Assembly (NCBI GenBank): GCA_024405635.1
Contig: JAKSOL010000025.1
Coordinates: forward strand, 1 to 42,975
Length of the DNA stretch: 42,975 nucleotides
Direction: 5' to 3'
Source of the DNA: Salinivirgaceae bacterium
GTDB taxonomy: Bacteria; Bacteroidota; Bacteroidia; Bacteroidales; SZUA-534
Shown: one piece after another, positions 1 through 9,228 of the stretch
Layout: each line of letters starts with the position of its first letter
Numbering within the stretch: the first letter of the stretch is position 1
Notes under the pieces: generated by a model
Seen by the model: only the letters and a program-made list of their open reading frames with translations
Told to the model about the DNA's origin: nothing
The model's database searches: none
Translations under genes and position numbers: made by a program

Positions 1-9
1 TAAATAGGA

Positions 10-354
10 TTGAAAAGTATTTACAAACACGAAAGCGGCCACACCATGCAAAGCCAAGAGTTAGGTCCTACATATTTCACGCGAGTAATGGTGCCAAGCT
101 TCATAAGCGCTTTAAGAGATACAGATAAAAACTCATACGATCATGATTGGTTTTGGGTAGAAAGAGATGCTAATAAACGAGCGTATTCTTATTTTATTAA
201 AGAGGGAGCCATTACTTACGAAGGTTGGAACTATGAAAGGAACCCAATTGATGTTAATTATAAATGGCAAGAAGGAATAGATAATTCTGATAACAAAGAA
301 ATTTTAAACAAAATAATGCAAAACCATTGGTATAATTATCTTTTTGGGCTATAA
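10..354 (+). CDS. HExGH-motif protein fragment resembling the C-terminal domain of Bacteroidota RHS-type proteins (possibly orphan or truncated)
   Basis: YKHESGHTMQSQELGPTY plus WVERDANKRA motifs. There is an in-frame TAA at 1-3 and only a TTG start, so the N-terminus appears to be missing. Confidence 0.55.
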   Translation: MKSIYKHESGHTMQSQELGPTYFTRVMVPSFISALRDTDKNSYDHDWFWVERDANKRAYSYFIKEGAITYEGWNYERNPIDVNYKWQEGIDNSDNKEILNKIMQNHWYNYLFGL

Positions 355-365
355 AACTATTTATT

Positions 366-752
366 ATGAAAGCAGTATATATATTATCAGTTACTTTTAT
401 GGCGCTTCTTTGCTCGTGCCACAACTCAAATTATTACATTACTTTTGTTAACAATAGTGATATAGATGTTTGTGTGGATGATTCGTATGATTGGCCCGAC
501 ACAACAATAACACTTTGTTATTTTAAAGGAATTGTAAAAGCTAATTCTGAAAGCAATAGTGTTCTAACGTTGAGACCTAGTTCAAGTTGGCATAAAAAGT
601 TTAATATCTATGACACCATCATATTTAATGTATTTGACGCTCATGTTTATAAAGCATGGAATCCGGAAGAAAGTCCAAAATACATATTGAAACGTTATTT
701 TTTGACCGAAGCCGACATGATAGCCAACGATTGGACAATAGTTTATCCGTAG
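366..752 (+). CDS. Hypothetical lipoprotein (candidate immunity/partner of the upstream ORF)
   Basis: MKAVYILSVTFMALLCSC signal peptide with lipobox-like Cys; starts 11 bp after the upstream ORF. Confidence 0.7.
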   Translation: MKAVYILSVTFMALLCSCHNSNYYITFVNNSDIDVCVDDSYDWPDTTITLCYFKGIVKANSESNSVLTLRPSSSWHKKFNIYDTIIFNVFDAHVYKAWNPEESPKYILKRYFLTEADMIANDWTIVYP

Positions 753-783
753 AAAAATTACTTATTACCTTAACCCACTCAAC

Positions 784-821
784 CCCAACAACCGAGCTAA
801 TTTGGTTGTTGGGTTTTTTTT
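784..821 (+). terminator. Intrinsic terminator
   Basis: CCCAACAACC / GGTTGTTGGG stem followed by a T-run. Confidence 0.8.
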
Positions 822-1019
822 GTGTTTTTTAAGAAAAAACAAGAGGAAGTTCAATTTTGAGATTCGTCAACACAATCGGCTTATTTGTCAAAATGGATTT
901 AGTGTTAATAGTTTAAAATAAAAAACACGTTTGCATTTCGTTGAAATACACTAAATTGTTGCGTTTTTGTTGACTTTGAGTAAGTGGGCAAAAACAATTT
1001 ACTTTATTATTGTAAACGT

Positions 1020-2831
1020 ATGATATTTAGCCGCTTAGCGTGCGTTGTGCTTGTTGTACTTATGCCGTTTGTTGCACAATCGGCAGATAGTGTTTTTGCT
1101 GTTAGGATGTTCCTGTCGTTGGAGTACGTTGTGTCCGATGGTGAAGAAGCAAATGCCGACGGTGCAAATTTTAACAATGCAGTAAGTCAAAAATTAACTC
1201 TTAAAATCGATTCGTCGGTAGTAAAAGCATTGAATCTTACCGAGTTTGCTTTTGGTGCAAGCGGCGATTCGCTTGTGTGGGGAGTAAATCCATATTTTGA
1301 AGCATCGCAAAATGTGGCGCCATTATATGTGGCATTTGCCAAAGACGCTAGTGGTAAGCAATACTCAACAGTGATTGAGGTTGAACAATCGTTAGACGAA
1401 CCAACAAATAGCAACAAGTCGGCAGTTTGGATGGTGCTAATGGGTTTAGTAATGTTGGCATCGGTAATTGTGTTTGTTATTGCTCGTAGGCGATTAGAAA
1501 ATTTGCGAGCATTGCTCAATCAAGAAAATGCCGATATGAAAATAGAACTTACAAAGCAGAAAAACCGTTACGAGGAACTGCTTGAAAGTAAATCGGCCGA
1601 CAAAGAAGAGAAGAAAGACAGCAAGGCAACACGTTTCCGCATGGTAACAGTGTTGTTCTCAAATATTTTAGGATTTTCAAACGTTGCAGGAAAAGAAAAT
1701 GCCGGCCGTATGGTTGACGACCTTGACCGTTTTGTTCTTCATTTTGATGAGGTAGTTAAACGCCTGCACATCGAAAAAATTAAAACAGTAGGCGACTCGT
1801 ACATTTGCGCTGGTGGTATTCCTCAAAAAAACCACACTAACCCAATAGAGGTTGTGTTGGCAGCTTTTGAAATGTATCAGTACATGCAACGTTTAAAACT
1901 AGAATATGGCGATGAGGCAGCTTGGGATTTGCGCATCGGAATACACACAGGACCAGTATTTTGCGACAACTCAGGCAGTAAAAAGAAACTTGAAATTTGG
2001 GGCGATACCGTAAACATTGCATCGCGCATGGAGGCATCGGGCAAAGTTGGAAAAGTAAACATTACCGGCATGACCTACGAATTGGTGCGCGAGTACTTTG
2101 TTTGTCAATATTGGGGAAAATTCCCAGTTAAATATCGTGGCGAAATTGATATGTACCTTATTGAAGGATTTAAGCCGCACCTTTCAGTTGACGGCTTAGG
2201 TTTGTTGCCAAACAAAACATTCTATACCCAACTTGGTTTGGTTCGTTTTGACGATCTTGAAGAAATAATTTGGAACAAACTTGAAGACGAATTGCCAAAG
2301 AACTTATACTACCACAATTTAAAACACACAATTGATGTTGGTACACAAGTTGAGATTATTGGCCGTTCAGAAGGAATAAACGACGAAGAACTATTGTTGT
2401 TAAAGACCGCTGCATTGTTCCACGATATAGGTTTTACTCGTACATATAAAGACCACGAAGAGGCTGGAGTAGAAATAGCAAAAGAATATTTGCCAAAGTT
2501 TGACTACACACAAGAGCAGATTGATACCATTTGCCGCTTGATTATGAAAACCAAGTTGCCTCCAACTCCCGAAACATTGCTTGAGAAAATAATTTGCGAC
2601 TCAGACCTTGACTATTTAGGTAGGGCCGACTTTATACCAGTGTCGGGTAACTTGTACAAAGAGATGCTTGAACGCGGAATGATTGTAGATGATATTGACA
2701 AATGGAACGAGATGCAAATCAAGTTCATATCAGGGCACCAGTATTTTACCGAATCGGCAAAACGGATGCGCGATGTCAATAAAAATAAACAATTGGAAGC
2801 AATCAGAAAATTAGTTGAGAAAAAAATATAG
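1020..2831 (+). CDS. Membrane-anchored class III adenylate/guanylate cyclase-like domain fused to a C-terminal HD phosphohydrolase domain
   Basis: Signal peptide, TM (AVWMVLMGLVMLASVIVFVIA) and coiled coil. Cyclase motifs EKIKTVGDSY, LRIGIHTGPV, WGDTVNIASRME. HD motifs YHNLKHT, ALFHDIG, HEE, CDSDLDYLG. ATG 1020 preferred over GTG 984. Confidence 0.88.
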   Translation: MIFSRLACVVLVVLMPFVAQSADSVFAVRMFLSLEYVVSDGEEANADGANFNNAVSQKLTLKIDSSVVKALNLTEFAFGASGDSLVWGVNPYFEASQNVAPLYVAFAKDASGKQYSTVIEVEQSLDEPTNSNKSAVWMVLMGLVMLASVIVFVIARRRLENLRALLNQENADMKIELTKQKNRYEELLESKSADKEEKKDSKATRFRMVTVLFSNILGFSNVAGKENAGRMVDDLDRFVLHFDEVVKRLHIEKIKTVGDSYICAGGIPQKNHTNPIEVVLAAFEMYQYMQRLKLEYGDEAAWDLRIGIHTGPVFCDNSGSKKKLEIWGDTVNIASRMEASGKVGKVNITGMTYELVREYFVCQYWGKFPVKYRGEIDMYLIEGFKPHLSVDGLGLLPNKTFYTQLGLVRFDDLEEIIWNKLEDELPKNLYYHNLKHTIDVGTQVEIIGRSEGINDEELLLLKTAALFHDIGFTRTYKDHEEAGVEIAKEYLPKFDYTQEQIDTICRLIMKTKLPPTPETLLEKIICDSDLDYLGRADFIPVSGNLYKEMLERGMIVDDIDKWNEMQIKFISGHQYFTESAKRMRDVNKNKQLEAIRKLVEKKI

Positions 2832-2858
2832 TTTTGTTCCACCATTATTAAACCTATT

Positions 2859-3686
2859 ATGGCTAATAAAAACATTATTATTATTCCTTGGGATTACACC
2901 GAAAGTTGCCGCATTGCGTTGCAACACGCTATTCAGTTGGCATCGGTTGTAGGCAACAGCATTATGTTGGCTCGCTTTTTGGAAAAGCCAGGCTTGTTTG
3001 GTAAAAAATCGTTTGAAGATTTAAAGGAAACTGAGGAAGAACGACTAGCAGCTGAGGCTAGCGCTATCTCAAAAGAATTTAACATCAACTTGCTTATAGC
3101 AGTTGACCAATTTAAGGCGCAAGAAATACGCGACCTTACAAAAGATGCTGATGCTAACCTTGTGGTTTGCGGGCGCACATATAAAACCGATAAAAAAGAG
3201 TACGAAACAAAGGACGTTGTTGAGGAACTATCGGAACTTGATATTCCATTTATTATTGCAGCAACAAAACCACCTCACGATTACTACAAAGAGTTGGTTG
3301 TGCCATTGGATAACGATAAAAAGGTTAAGGAAACAATGCAATGGGTTGTTTACCTTGCAAAATACTACAACTGCAACATCAACCTTTTCAAAACTCGTTT
3401 GGAAAAAGAGGTTGACAAACGCGATATGGAGAACAATATGTACTTCATTAAAAAGATGTTGGACAAAAAGAACATTGTGTATGGTGTGTCAACCGCCAAA
3501 AAAGATGCAGTGTTTGAAACGGACATCATTCGTTTTGCAGAATCAATTGATGCCGATTTGGTTGTAGTAATGATTAACAAATACAAAAAGATTTTGCGCG
3601 AGCAACCTAATTACGACGAAAAGTTGCCATACTTGGTAATAAATCGTAATACCGAAATTATTAAATACGGAGGTAGTTTCCGTTAG
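2859..3686 (+). CDS. Universal stress protein (tandem USP domains)
   Basis: IIIPWDYTE..ALQHAIQLA, ADANLVVCG, ELVVPLD, FAESIDADLVVVM; 275 aa two-domain length. Confidence 0.8.
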   Translation: MANKNIIIIPWDYTESCRIALQHAIQLASVVGNSIMLARFLEKPGLFGKKSFEDLKETEEERLAAEASAISKEFNINLLIAVDQFKAQEIRDLTKDADANLVVCGRTYKTDKKEYETKDVVEELSELDIPFIIAATKPPHDYYKELVVPLDNDKKVKETMQWVVYLAKYYNCNINLFKTRLEKEVDKRDMENNMYFIKKMLDKKNIVYGVSTAKKDAVFETDIIRFAESIDADLVVVMINKYKKILREQPNYDEKLPYLVINRNTEIIKYGGSFR

Positions 3687-3710
3687 AATTTTGGTTGTTG
3701 CAACAATCAT

Positions 3711-3753
3711 AAAAAAGAGAAGAACCTATGGTGGAGGTCCTTCTCTTTTTTTT
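3711..3753 (+). terminator. Intrinsic terminator (possibly bidirectional)
   Basis: AAAAAAGAGAAG-ACCT..AGGT-CTTCTCTTTTTT hairpin. Confidence 0.75.
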
Positions 3754-3853
3754 ATGGCAAAAGGGTTCAACTATGGTTTTGTTAGTTTGCATAAACTTGT
3801 AAAACAATCGGAGCATGGCATCGTTTTTCTAAAAATTATATTTCACAAAAGGG

Positions 3854-3861
3854 TAACTTTG
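3854..3861 (+). promoter_or_regulatory. Bacteroidota -7 promoter element for metY
   Basis: TAACTTTG matches TAnnTTTG, about 50 bp upstream of the ATG. Confidence 0.55.
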
Positions 3862-3911
3862 TGGAGTTATACTTTTATAGTTCGTAATTTAACTACACCT
3901 AAATAATAAAT

Positions 3912-5204
3912 ATGGAAGGAAAGAAAATGAATCTTGAAACACTTTGTGTTCAATCGGGTTGGCAACCAAAAAACGGCGAGCCACGTGTGCTACCAATTTA
4001 TCAAAGCACAACATTTAAATACGATAATAGTGAGCAAATGGCCGACTTGTTCGACCTTAAAGCTAGTGGATACTTCTACACTCGTTTGCAAAACCCAACA
4101 AACGACGCGGTGGCTGCAAAAATAGCAGCACTTGAAGGTGGCGTGGGTGCAATGCTTACATCGAGCGGACAAGCTGCAAACTTTTACGCCATTTTTAATA
4201 TCTGCCAAGCAGGCGACCATTTTATTACCACCAACAACATTTATGGTGGAACATTCAACTTGTTTGGAGTTACAATGAAAAAACTTGGCATTGAATGTAC
4301 TTTTGTTGACCAAGATTGGAGCGATGAAAAAATTCAAGCAGAGTTCCGCCCAAATACAAAATGCTTTTTTGGCGAAACCATTTCAAACCCAGGTTGCAAC
4401 ATTTTCGACATTGAGCGTTTTGCTAAGTTGGCTCACAAAAATGGTGTGCCTTTAATTGTTGACAACACCTTTGCTACTCCAATTAACTGTCGTCCATTTG
4501 AGTGGGGTGCCGACATTGTAACTCACTCAACTACAAAATATATGGACGGTCATGCAATGGCAGTTGGTGGCGTGTTGGTTGATAGCGGCAACTTTGATTG
4601 GGAAGCAAATGCTGAAAAATTCCCAGGCCTTTGCGCTCCCGACGATTCGTACCACGGACTTACTTATACAAAATCGTTTGGCAAAGCAGCCTACATTACC
4701 AAATCAACCGTTCAATTGATGCGCGACTTGGGCTCAATTCAAAGTCCACAAAACGCATTCTTGCTAAATATAGGTTTGGAAACCTTGCATTTGCGTGTTC
4801 CTCGTCACTGCGAAAACGCGCTAAAGGTAGCCGAGTGGTTACAAAATCGCCCTGAGGTTGCTTGGGTTAACTATCCTGACTTGAAGAACAACAAGAACAA
4901 CGAACTTTGCAAAAAATATTTGCCAAACGGCTCATGTGGCGTAATGGCATTTGGTTTGAAAGGCGACCGCGAAACCGCAATTAAGTTTATGGATGCATTT
5001 AAATTTATTTGCATTGTAACCCACGTAGCCGATGCTCGCACTTGCGTTTTGCACCCAGCAAGCCACACTCACCGCCAATTGAGCGACGAGCAACTTCGTG
5101 CAGGTGGCGTTTCGCCAGACTTGATTCGCTTGTCAATTGGTATTGAAAATGTGAACGATATTATTGCTGACCTTGAGCAAGCATTTGTTGAAATAAAGAA
5201 ATAA
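3912..5204 (+). CDS. metY: O-acetylhomoserine aminocarboxypropyltransferase/cysteine synthase
   Basis: PIYQSTTF, YTRLQNPT, ALEGG, IVDNTFATP, HSTTKY (PLP Lys), HPASHTHRQL, IRLSIGIE. Confidence 0.93.
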   Translation: MEGKKMNLETLCVQSGWQPKNGEPRVLPIYQSTTFKYDNSEQMADLFDLKASGYFYTRLQNPTNDAVAAKIAALEGGVGAMLTSSGQAANFYAIFNICQAGDHFITTNNIYGGTFNLFGVTMKKLGIECTFVDQDWSDEKIQAEFRPNTKCFFGETISNPGCNIFDIERFAKLAHKNGVPLIVDNTFATPINCRPFEWGADIVTHSTTKYMDGHAMAVGGVLVDSGNFDWEANAEKFPGLCAPDDSYHGLTYTKSFGKAAYITKSTVQLMRDLGSIQSPQNAFLLNIGLETLHLRVPRHCENALKVAEWLQNRPEVAWVNYPDLKNNKNNELCKKYLPNGSCGVMAFGLKGDRETAIKFMDAFKFICIVTHVADARTCVLHPASHTHRQLSDEQLRAGGVSPDLIRLSIGIENVNDIIADLEQAFVEIKK

Positions 5205-5221
5205 CAAAAAAAACATAGACG

Positions 5222-5767
5222 ATGAAACGACTATTTGCGGCGCTTATGCTTAGCGCATTATCAATTGGTACATTTGCACAAACAGTTAAATTTACCGAAG
5301 GCAACGACCTTAAATTTTTGAAAGACAAAAGCTCCATTGCTATTACCATCGATTACTCAAAAGCAGTGATTATGGGAATGACCGAGCAAGAATTTGGCAA
5401 TGAAATAATTGCACAAGATTCGATAAAACGCGGTGAGGCTCGTCAACAAATTGTAGAGTGGAAAAAGTATTTGCGAGGCCGATTGATTGATCGTTTTAAC
5501 TACGAAAGCGAAGGAAAAATTCAAGCTATGCTTAACGAAGGTCATGAGTCGCAATGCTCAGCCGATGTGCTTGTTCTTAGCGTTGATACTCATGGCAATT
5601 TGTCGGCCGAAGTAATTTTTAAAGGAGCAAATGGCGAAAGTGCCAAAACTCTGATAAAGGGTGAAGGCGGTAACATTGGCACACGTTTGGCTTTGTTTGG
5701 CGATGGTATGCGCGACCTTGGAGAGCAAATGGCTAAGGCTATTCGCAAATACTCAAAAGGCAAATAA
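5222..5767 (+). CDS. Hypothetical exported protein
   Basis: Signal peptide MKRLFAALMLSALSIGTFAQ; co-oriented 17 bp after metY. Confidence 0.75.
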   Translation: MKRLFAALMLSALSIGTFAQTVKFTEGNDLKFLKDKSSIAITIDYSKAVIMGMTEQEFGNEIIAQDSIKRGEARQQIVEWKKYLRGRLIDRFNYESEGKIQAMLNEGHESQCSADVLVLSVDTHGNLSAEVIFKGANGESAKTLIKGEGGNIGTRLALFGDGMRDLGEQMAKAIRKYSKGK

Positions 5768-5795
5768 CAAAAACCAAAGATGTTTATTGGTATAA

Positions 5796-5821
5796 AAGAG
5801 CTCGCCAAAAGGCGGGCTCTT
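5796..5821. terminator. Hairpin terminator, likely bidirectional
   Basis: AAGAGCTCGCC-AAAA-GGCGGGCTCTT. Confidence 0.7.
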
Positions 5822-6108
5822 GTTGTGTTATAGAGTTCGATAAAGGGCGTTACTACTTCTTATCGCGTCCACGCCGCTCTGGCAAAAAAGAGTTATGAAT
5901 ACTGCGAAGAACGAAAAAACAGCCCAAGAGGGAACACTCCGTACGTTTAGCAATTGGCTTAAATGACTAAGCTGAATATAACAAGTGTTGCAACAACGTA
6001 AACTATTGATGTTCATATATAACACAAAATAGGACTTGCAATTTTTTTATTTACAAGGCTATTATATTTTAGCCAAATGTTTGATTGATAAACTATAATA
6101 CAGCATTT

Positions 6109-7803
6109 ATGAAAAAACTATTAGCCTATTTATTTTGTGGACTGATAACTATGGGCACCCACGCTCAAACAACATTCCGCAATCCTGTTATCAATGCCGA
6201 CGCACCCGATGTGAGCATTTGCAAAGTTCAGGACACCTACTACATGATTAGCACCACAATGCATCTTATGCCTGGCGGTCCTATAATGAAGTCGAAGGAC
6301 ATGATAAACTGGGAAGTGATATCGTATGTATTTGACCGCATCGACGACGGACCACGCTACAATCTTGAGGATGGAGCAACAGTTTACGGACAAGGCCAGT
6401 GGGCAAGTTCAATTCGCTACCACATGGGCAAATTTTATGTTTGGTTTACAGCAAATGGCGCACCCGGACGTGGCTTTATCTTTTCGGCCGACAAAGCCGA
6501 AGGTCCTTGGACTTTGGTTGCTCGTCCACCACACATGCACGATGGTTCGTTATTCTTTGACGAAGATGGACGAGTTTACATCTTTTGCGAAACAAACCGA
6601 CTTGTTGAACTTAAAGAAGACCTTTCAGATGTTAAACCAGGCGGCATAAACATGCAGATTTTTGAGCGCGATGACGAAGAACGAACAGCTTTGCTTGAGG
6701 GATCGTCGGTTATAAAACACAACGGCAAGTACTATTTGTGCATGATTTCGATGAAGTGGGGCGTTAACGACCGAGTTCGTCGCGAGGTGTGCTACCGTGC
6801 CGACAAGATTACAGGACCATACGAAAAGAAAATAATTCTTGAAACTCCATTCGAGGAATATGGCGGTGTTGGTCAAGGTTGCCTTGTTGGCGACGACCAA
6901 AGTGACTTGGGTTGGTGGGCACTTATTTTCCAAGATAGAGGCGGAATAGGCCGAGTGCCAAGCCTTATGCCTGTAACATGGATTGATGGCTGGCCAATGT
7001 GTGGCGAATATGCAGGTGAGGTTATAAATCCGCAATTGGCTGAAAGTAAAGGCGACAATCCAACCAACAATCCTTTGCTCGATAAACGTTCGTATCGCAT
7101 ACCAAACGATTTGAGCAAAAAACACCCTTCGCCCAAAGGATACATTGGCAGCGACGAGTTTGACCAACTTCCTGTTGACGAAAACGGAGGCTATCATGCT
7201 CGTAAAGGCTTAAAACTATATTGGCAATGGAATCACAACCCAATTGACGAGGCATGGTCGTTAACCGAGCGTCCAGGATACTTACGTTTAAAAACAGCTC
7301 GCGTGGTCGATAACTTGAACGTGGCACCAAACACCATTACTCAACGCATGTCGGGACCACAATGTACAGGTTCGGTTAAAATCGATATAAGCAAAATGAA
7401 AGATGGCGACATTTGCGGTTTTGCAGCCTACAACGGCGATAGTGGAGTGTTGCGCATTGTGAAAAAAGGCAGCAAGGTTTATTTGCAGCTAACCGAGGAA
7501 AAAGCAGTGTTTAAGCAACCACGCAACGTTGAGCGAGTTGACGTTGAAGTTATTGAGCAAGTTCAACTAAAAGCAAAAGAGGTGTATTTGAAAATACATG
7601 CCGATTTTAATCAAGGCCGTGATATGGCAGCATTTTCGTACAGCACCGATGGCCAAAAATGGAATACTATTGGTCGCGAAGTAGCAATGCGATTTGATTA
7701 TTTGCGCCACTTTATGGGTACAAAATTTGCCATCTTTAATTATGCGACCAAACAACTAGGAGGCTATGTTGATGTTGATTGGTTCCATTTTGAAGAGGAA
7801 TAA
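6109..7803 (+). CDS. Secreted glycoside hydrolase family 43 (beta-xylosidase/arabinofuranosidase-like) with C-terminal beta-sandwich
   Basis: Signal peptide; NPVINADAPDVS, WASSIRYH, HDGSLFFDEDG, LLEGS, WQWNHNP, ERPGYLRL, GGYVDVDWF. Confidence 0.92.
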   Translation: MKKLLAYLFCGLITMGTHAQTTFRNPVINADAPDVSICKVQDTYYMISTTMHLMPGGPIMKSKDMINWEVISYVFDRIDDGPRYNLEDGATVYGQGQWASSIRYHMGKFYVWFTANGAPGRGFIFSADKAEGPWTLVARPPHMHDGSLFFDEDGRVYIFCETNRLVELKEDLSDVKPGGINMQIFERDDEERTALLEGSSVIKHNGKYYLCMISMKWGVNDRVRREVCYRADKITGPYEKKIILETPFEEYGGVGQGCLVGDDQSDLGWWALIFQDRGGIGRVPSLMPVTWIDGWPMCGEYAGEVINPQLAESKGDNPTNNPLLDKRSYRIPNDLSKKHPSPKGYIGSDEFDQLPVDENGGYHARKGLKLYWQWNHNPIDEAWSLTERPGYLRLKTARVVDNLNVAPNTITQRMSGPQCTGSVKIDISKMKDGDICGFAAYNGDSGVLRIVKKGSKVYLQLTEEKAVFKQPRNVERVDVEVIEQVQLKAKEVYLKIHADFNQGRDMAAFSYSTDGQKWNTIGREVAMRFDYLRHFMGTKFAIFNYATKQLGGYVDVDWFHFEEE

Positions 7804-7829
7804 TCGTTAAAAGCGAAAAAAATAAAACA

Positions 7830-7866
7830 AATCCCCAATCAGTGAGTCTGGTTGGGGATTGTTGTT
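7830..7866 (+). terminator. Intrinsic terminator
   Basis: AATCCCCAATCAG / CTGGTTGGGGATT stem. Confidence 0.7.
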
Positions 7867-7885
7867 AAAATGGGGTGCAATTATT

Positions 7886-7893
7886 TATCTTTG
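7886..7893 (+). promoter_or_regulatory. Bacteroidota -7 promoter element
   Basis: TATCTTTG shortly upstream of the mrp ATG. Confidence 0.6.
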
Positions 7894-7915
7894 AAGCACA
7901 AAAAAATAAAACGAT

Positions 7916-9031
7916 ATGGAGATAACGTCAGCAGCCGTATTTGAGGCTCTTCGCAATGTTTTGCACCCCGAATTGGGAGTGGACATTATTCAACTTGGTA
8001 TGGTTCAGTCGCTTGAAATTGATGGCGCCGATGTGGCCTTTACATTGGTTTTCAGCAAAGGTCAACGTACCAATATAGCTCAACTTAAACAGTTGTGTGT
8101 AAATGCTTTGGAGAGTGTTTTTGGCGATGCAATAAACATTCGAGGCAACATTAAGGTAGTGGCTAAAAAAGAAGAAAACCAAGAGAGCGAAATACCATAC
8201 GGATTACAGGCCGTTGACAATATAGTGGCAGTTATTTCGGGCAAAGGCGGAGTAGGAAAATCAACCGTAGCAGCAAACTTGGCAGTGGCTTTAGCTCAGC
8301 AAGGTGCACGTGTTGGTTTGGTTGATGCCGATATATTTGGTCCATCGGTTCCAATAATGTTCAACTGCATGGATGCTCGCCCATTAGCAGAGCAAATTGA
8401 AGGCGAAGAGTTGATAGTTCCAATTGAGAAATATGGAGTTAAAATATTGAGCATCGGCTTTTTTGTCGATCCAAAAGATGCCGTTGTGTGGCGTGGTCCA
8501 ATGGCGGCTAATGCGCTTAAGCAATTGCTTACTCAAACCAATTGGGGCGAGTTGGATTATTTGCTTATTGATATGCCTCCAGGAACAAGCGACATACATT
8601 TGCAATTGGTTCAAACATTGGCAGTTACAGGAGCTGTGGTGGTTAGTACACCTCAAGATGTGGCTTTGGCCGATGCCATTAAAGGTTTGAATATGTTCCG
8701 AAACGACAAGGTTAATGTGCCTATTCTTGGTTTGGTTGAAAACATGGCGTGGTTTACACCGGCCGAGTTGCCCGAAAACAAATACTTTATTTTTGGTAAC
8801 GGAGGTTGCAAACGGTTGGCCGAATCGGAAGGAATACGCTTGCTAGGTCAAATTCCAATAGTACAAAGTGTTTGCGAAGGAGGCGACAAAGGCGAACCTG
8901 CAGCTCTTAATGCTAATAGTATCACTGGCTCGTATTTTCATCAACTAGCAGCAAATGTGGCCGAAGCGGTTGATTTCAGAAACCATAATTTGCAAAAAAC
9001 CGAACGCGTAAAGGTTAAGAAAAACGTGTAG
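7916..9031 (+). CDS. mrp: Mrp/NBP35 (ApbC) iron-sulfur cluster carrier ATPase
   Basis: N-terminal DUF59-like segment, SGKGGVGKST, DADIFGPS, VWRGPM, DMPPGTSD, GLVENM. Confidence 0.93.
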   Translation: MEITSAAVFEALRNVLHPELGVDIIQLGMVQSLEIDGADVAFTLVFSKGQRTNIAQLKQLCVNALESVFGDAINIRGNIKVVAKKEENQESEIPYGLQAVDNIVAVISGKGGVGKSTVAANLAVALAQQGARVGLVDADIFGPSVPIMFNCMDARPLAEQIEGEELIVPIEKYGVKILSIGFFVDPKDAVVWRGPMAANALKQLLTQTNWGELDYLLIDMPPGTSDIHLQLVQTLAVTGAVVVSTPQDVALADAIKGLNMFRNDKVNVPILGLVENMAWFTPAELPENKYFIFGNGGCKRLAESEGIRLLGQIPIVQSVCEGGDKGEPAALNANSITGSYFHQLAANVAEAVDFRNHNLQKTERVKVKKNV

Positions 9032-9055
9032 AACAACATTAAACTCACAATATGC

Positions 9056-9090
9056 AAAAGGTCGTTGGTGCTTAACCAATGGCCTTTTTT
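9056..9090 (+). terminator. Intrinsic terminator
   Basis: AAAAGGTCGTTGG..CCAATGGCCTTTTTT. Confidence 0.75.
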
Positions 9091-9228
9091 GTTTCGGTTT
9101 TAGTGCATTAGTTAACAAAATTTGCCTTTTGGTAGAAAAAGTAGGTAGGGTTTTTAGTAGTGTATCTGTCTTAACACTGAAAATGCAAAAACAGAGTATT
9201 TTTCATTTAACTACAAAAACCAACAAGT

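Noticed and set aside
1020-2831. Pycsar anti-phage system
   Set aside because: There is no adjacent TM or TIR-cNMP effector, and the protein has a signal peptide and TM in a housekeeping context.
3691-3906. 71-aa ORF, or a SAM riboswitch upstream of metY
   Set aside because: The ORF spans a terminator and promoter, and I could not recognise any SAM aptamer consensus.
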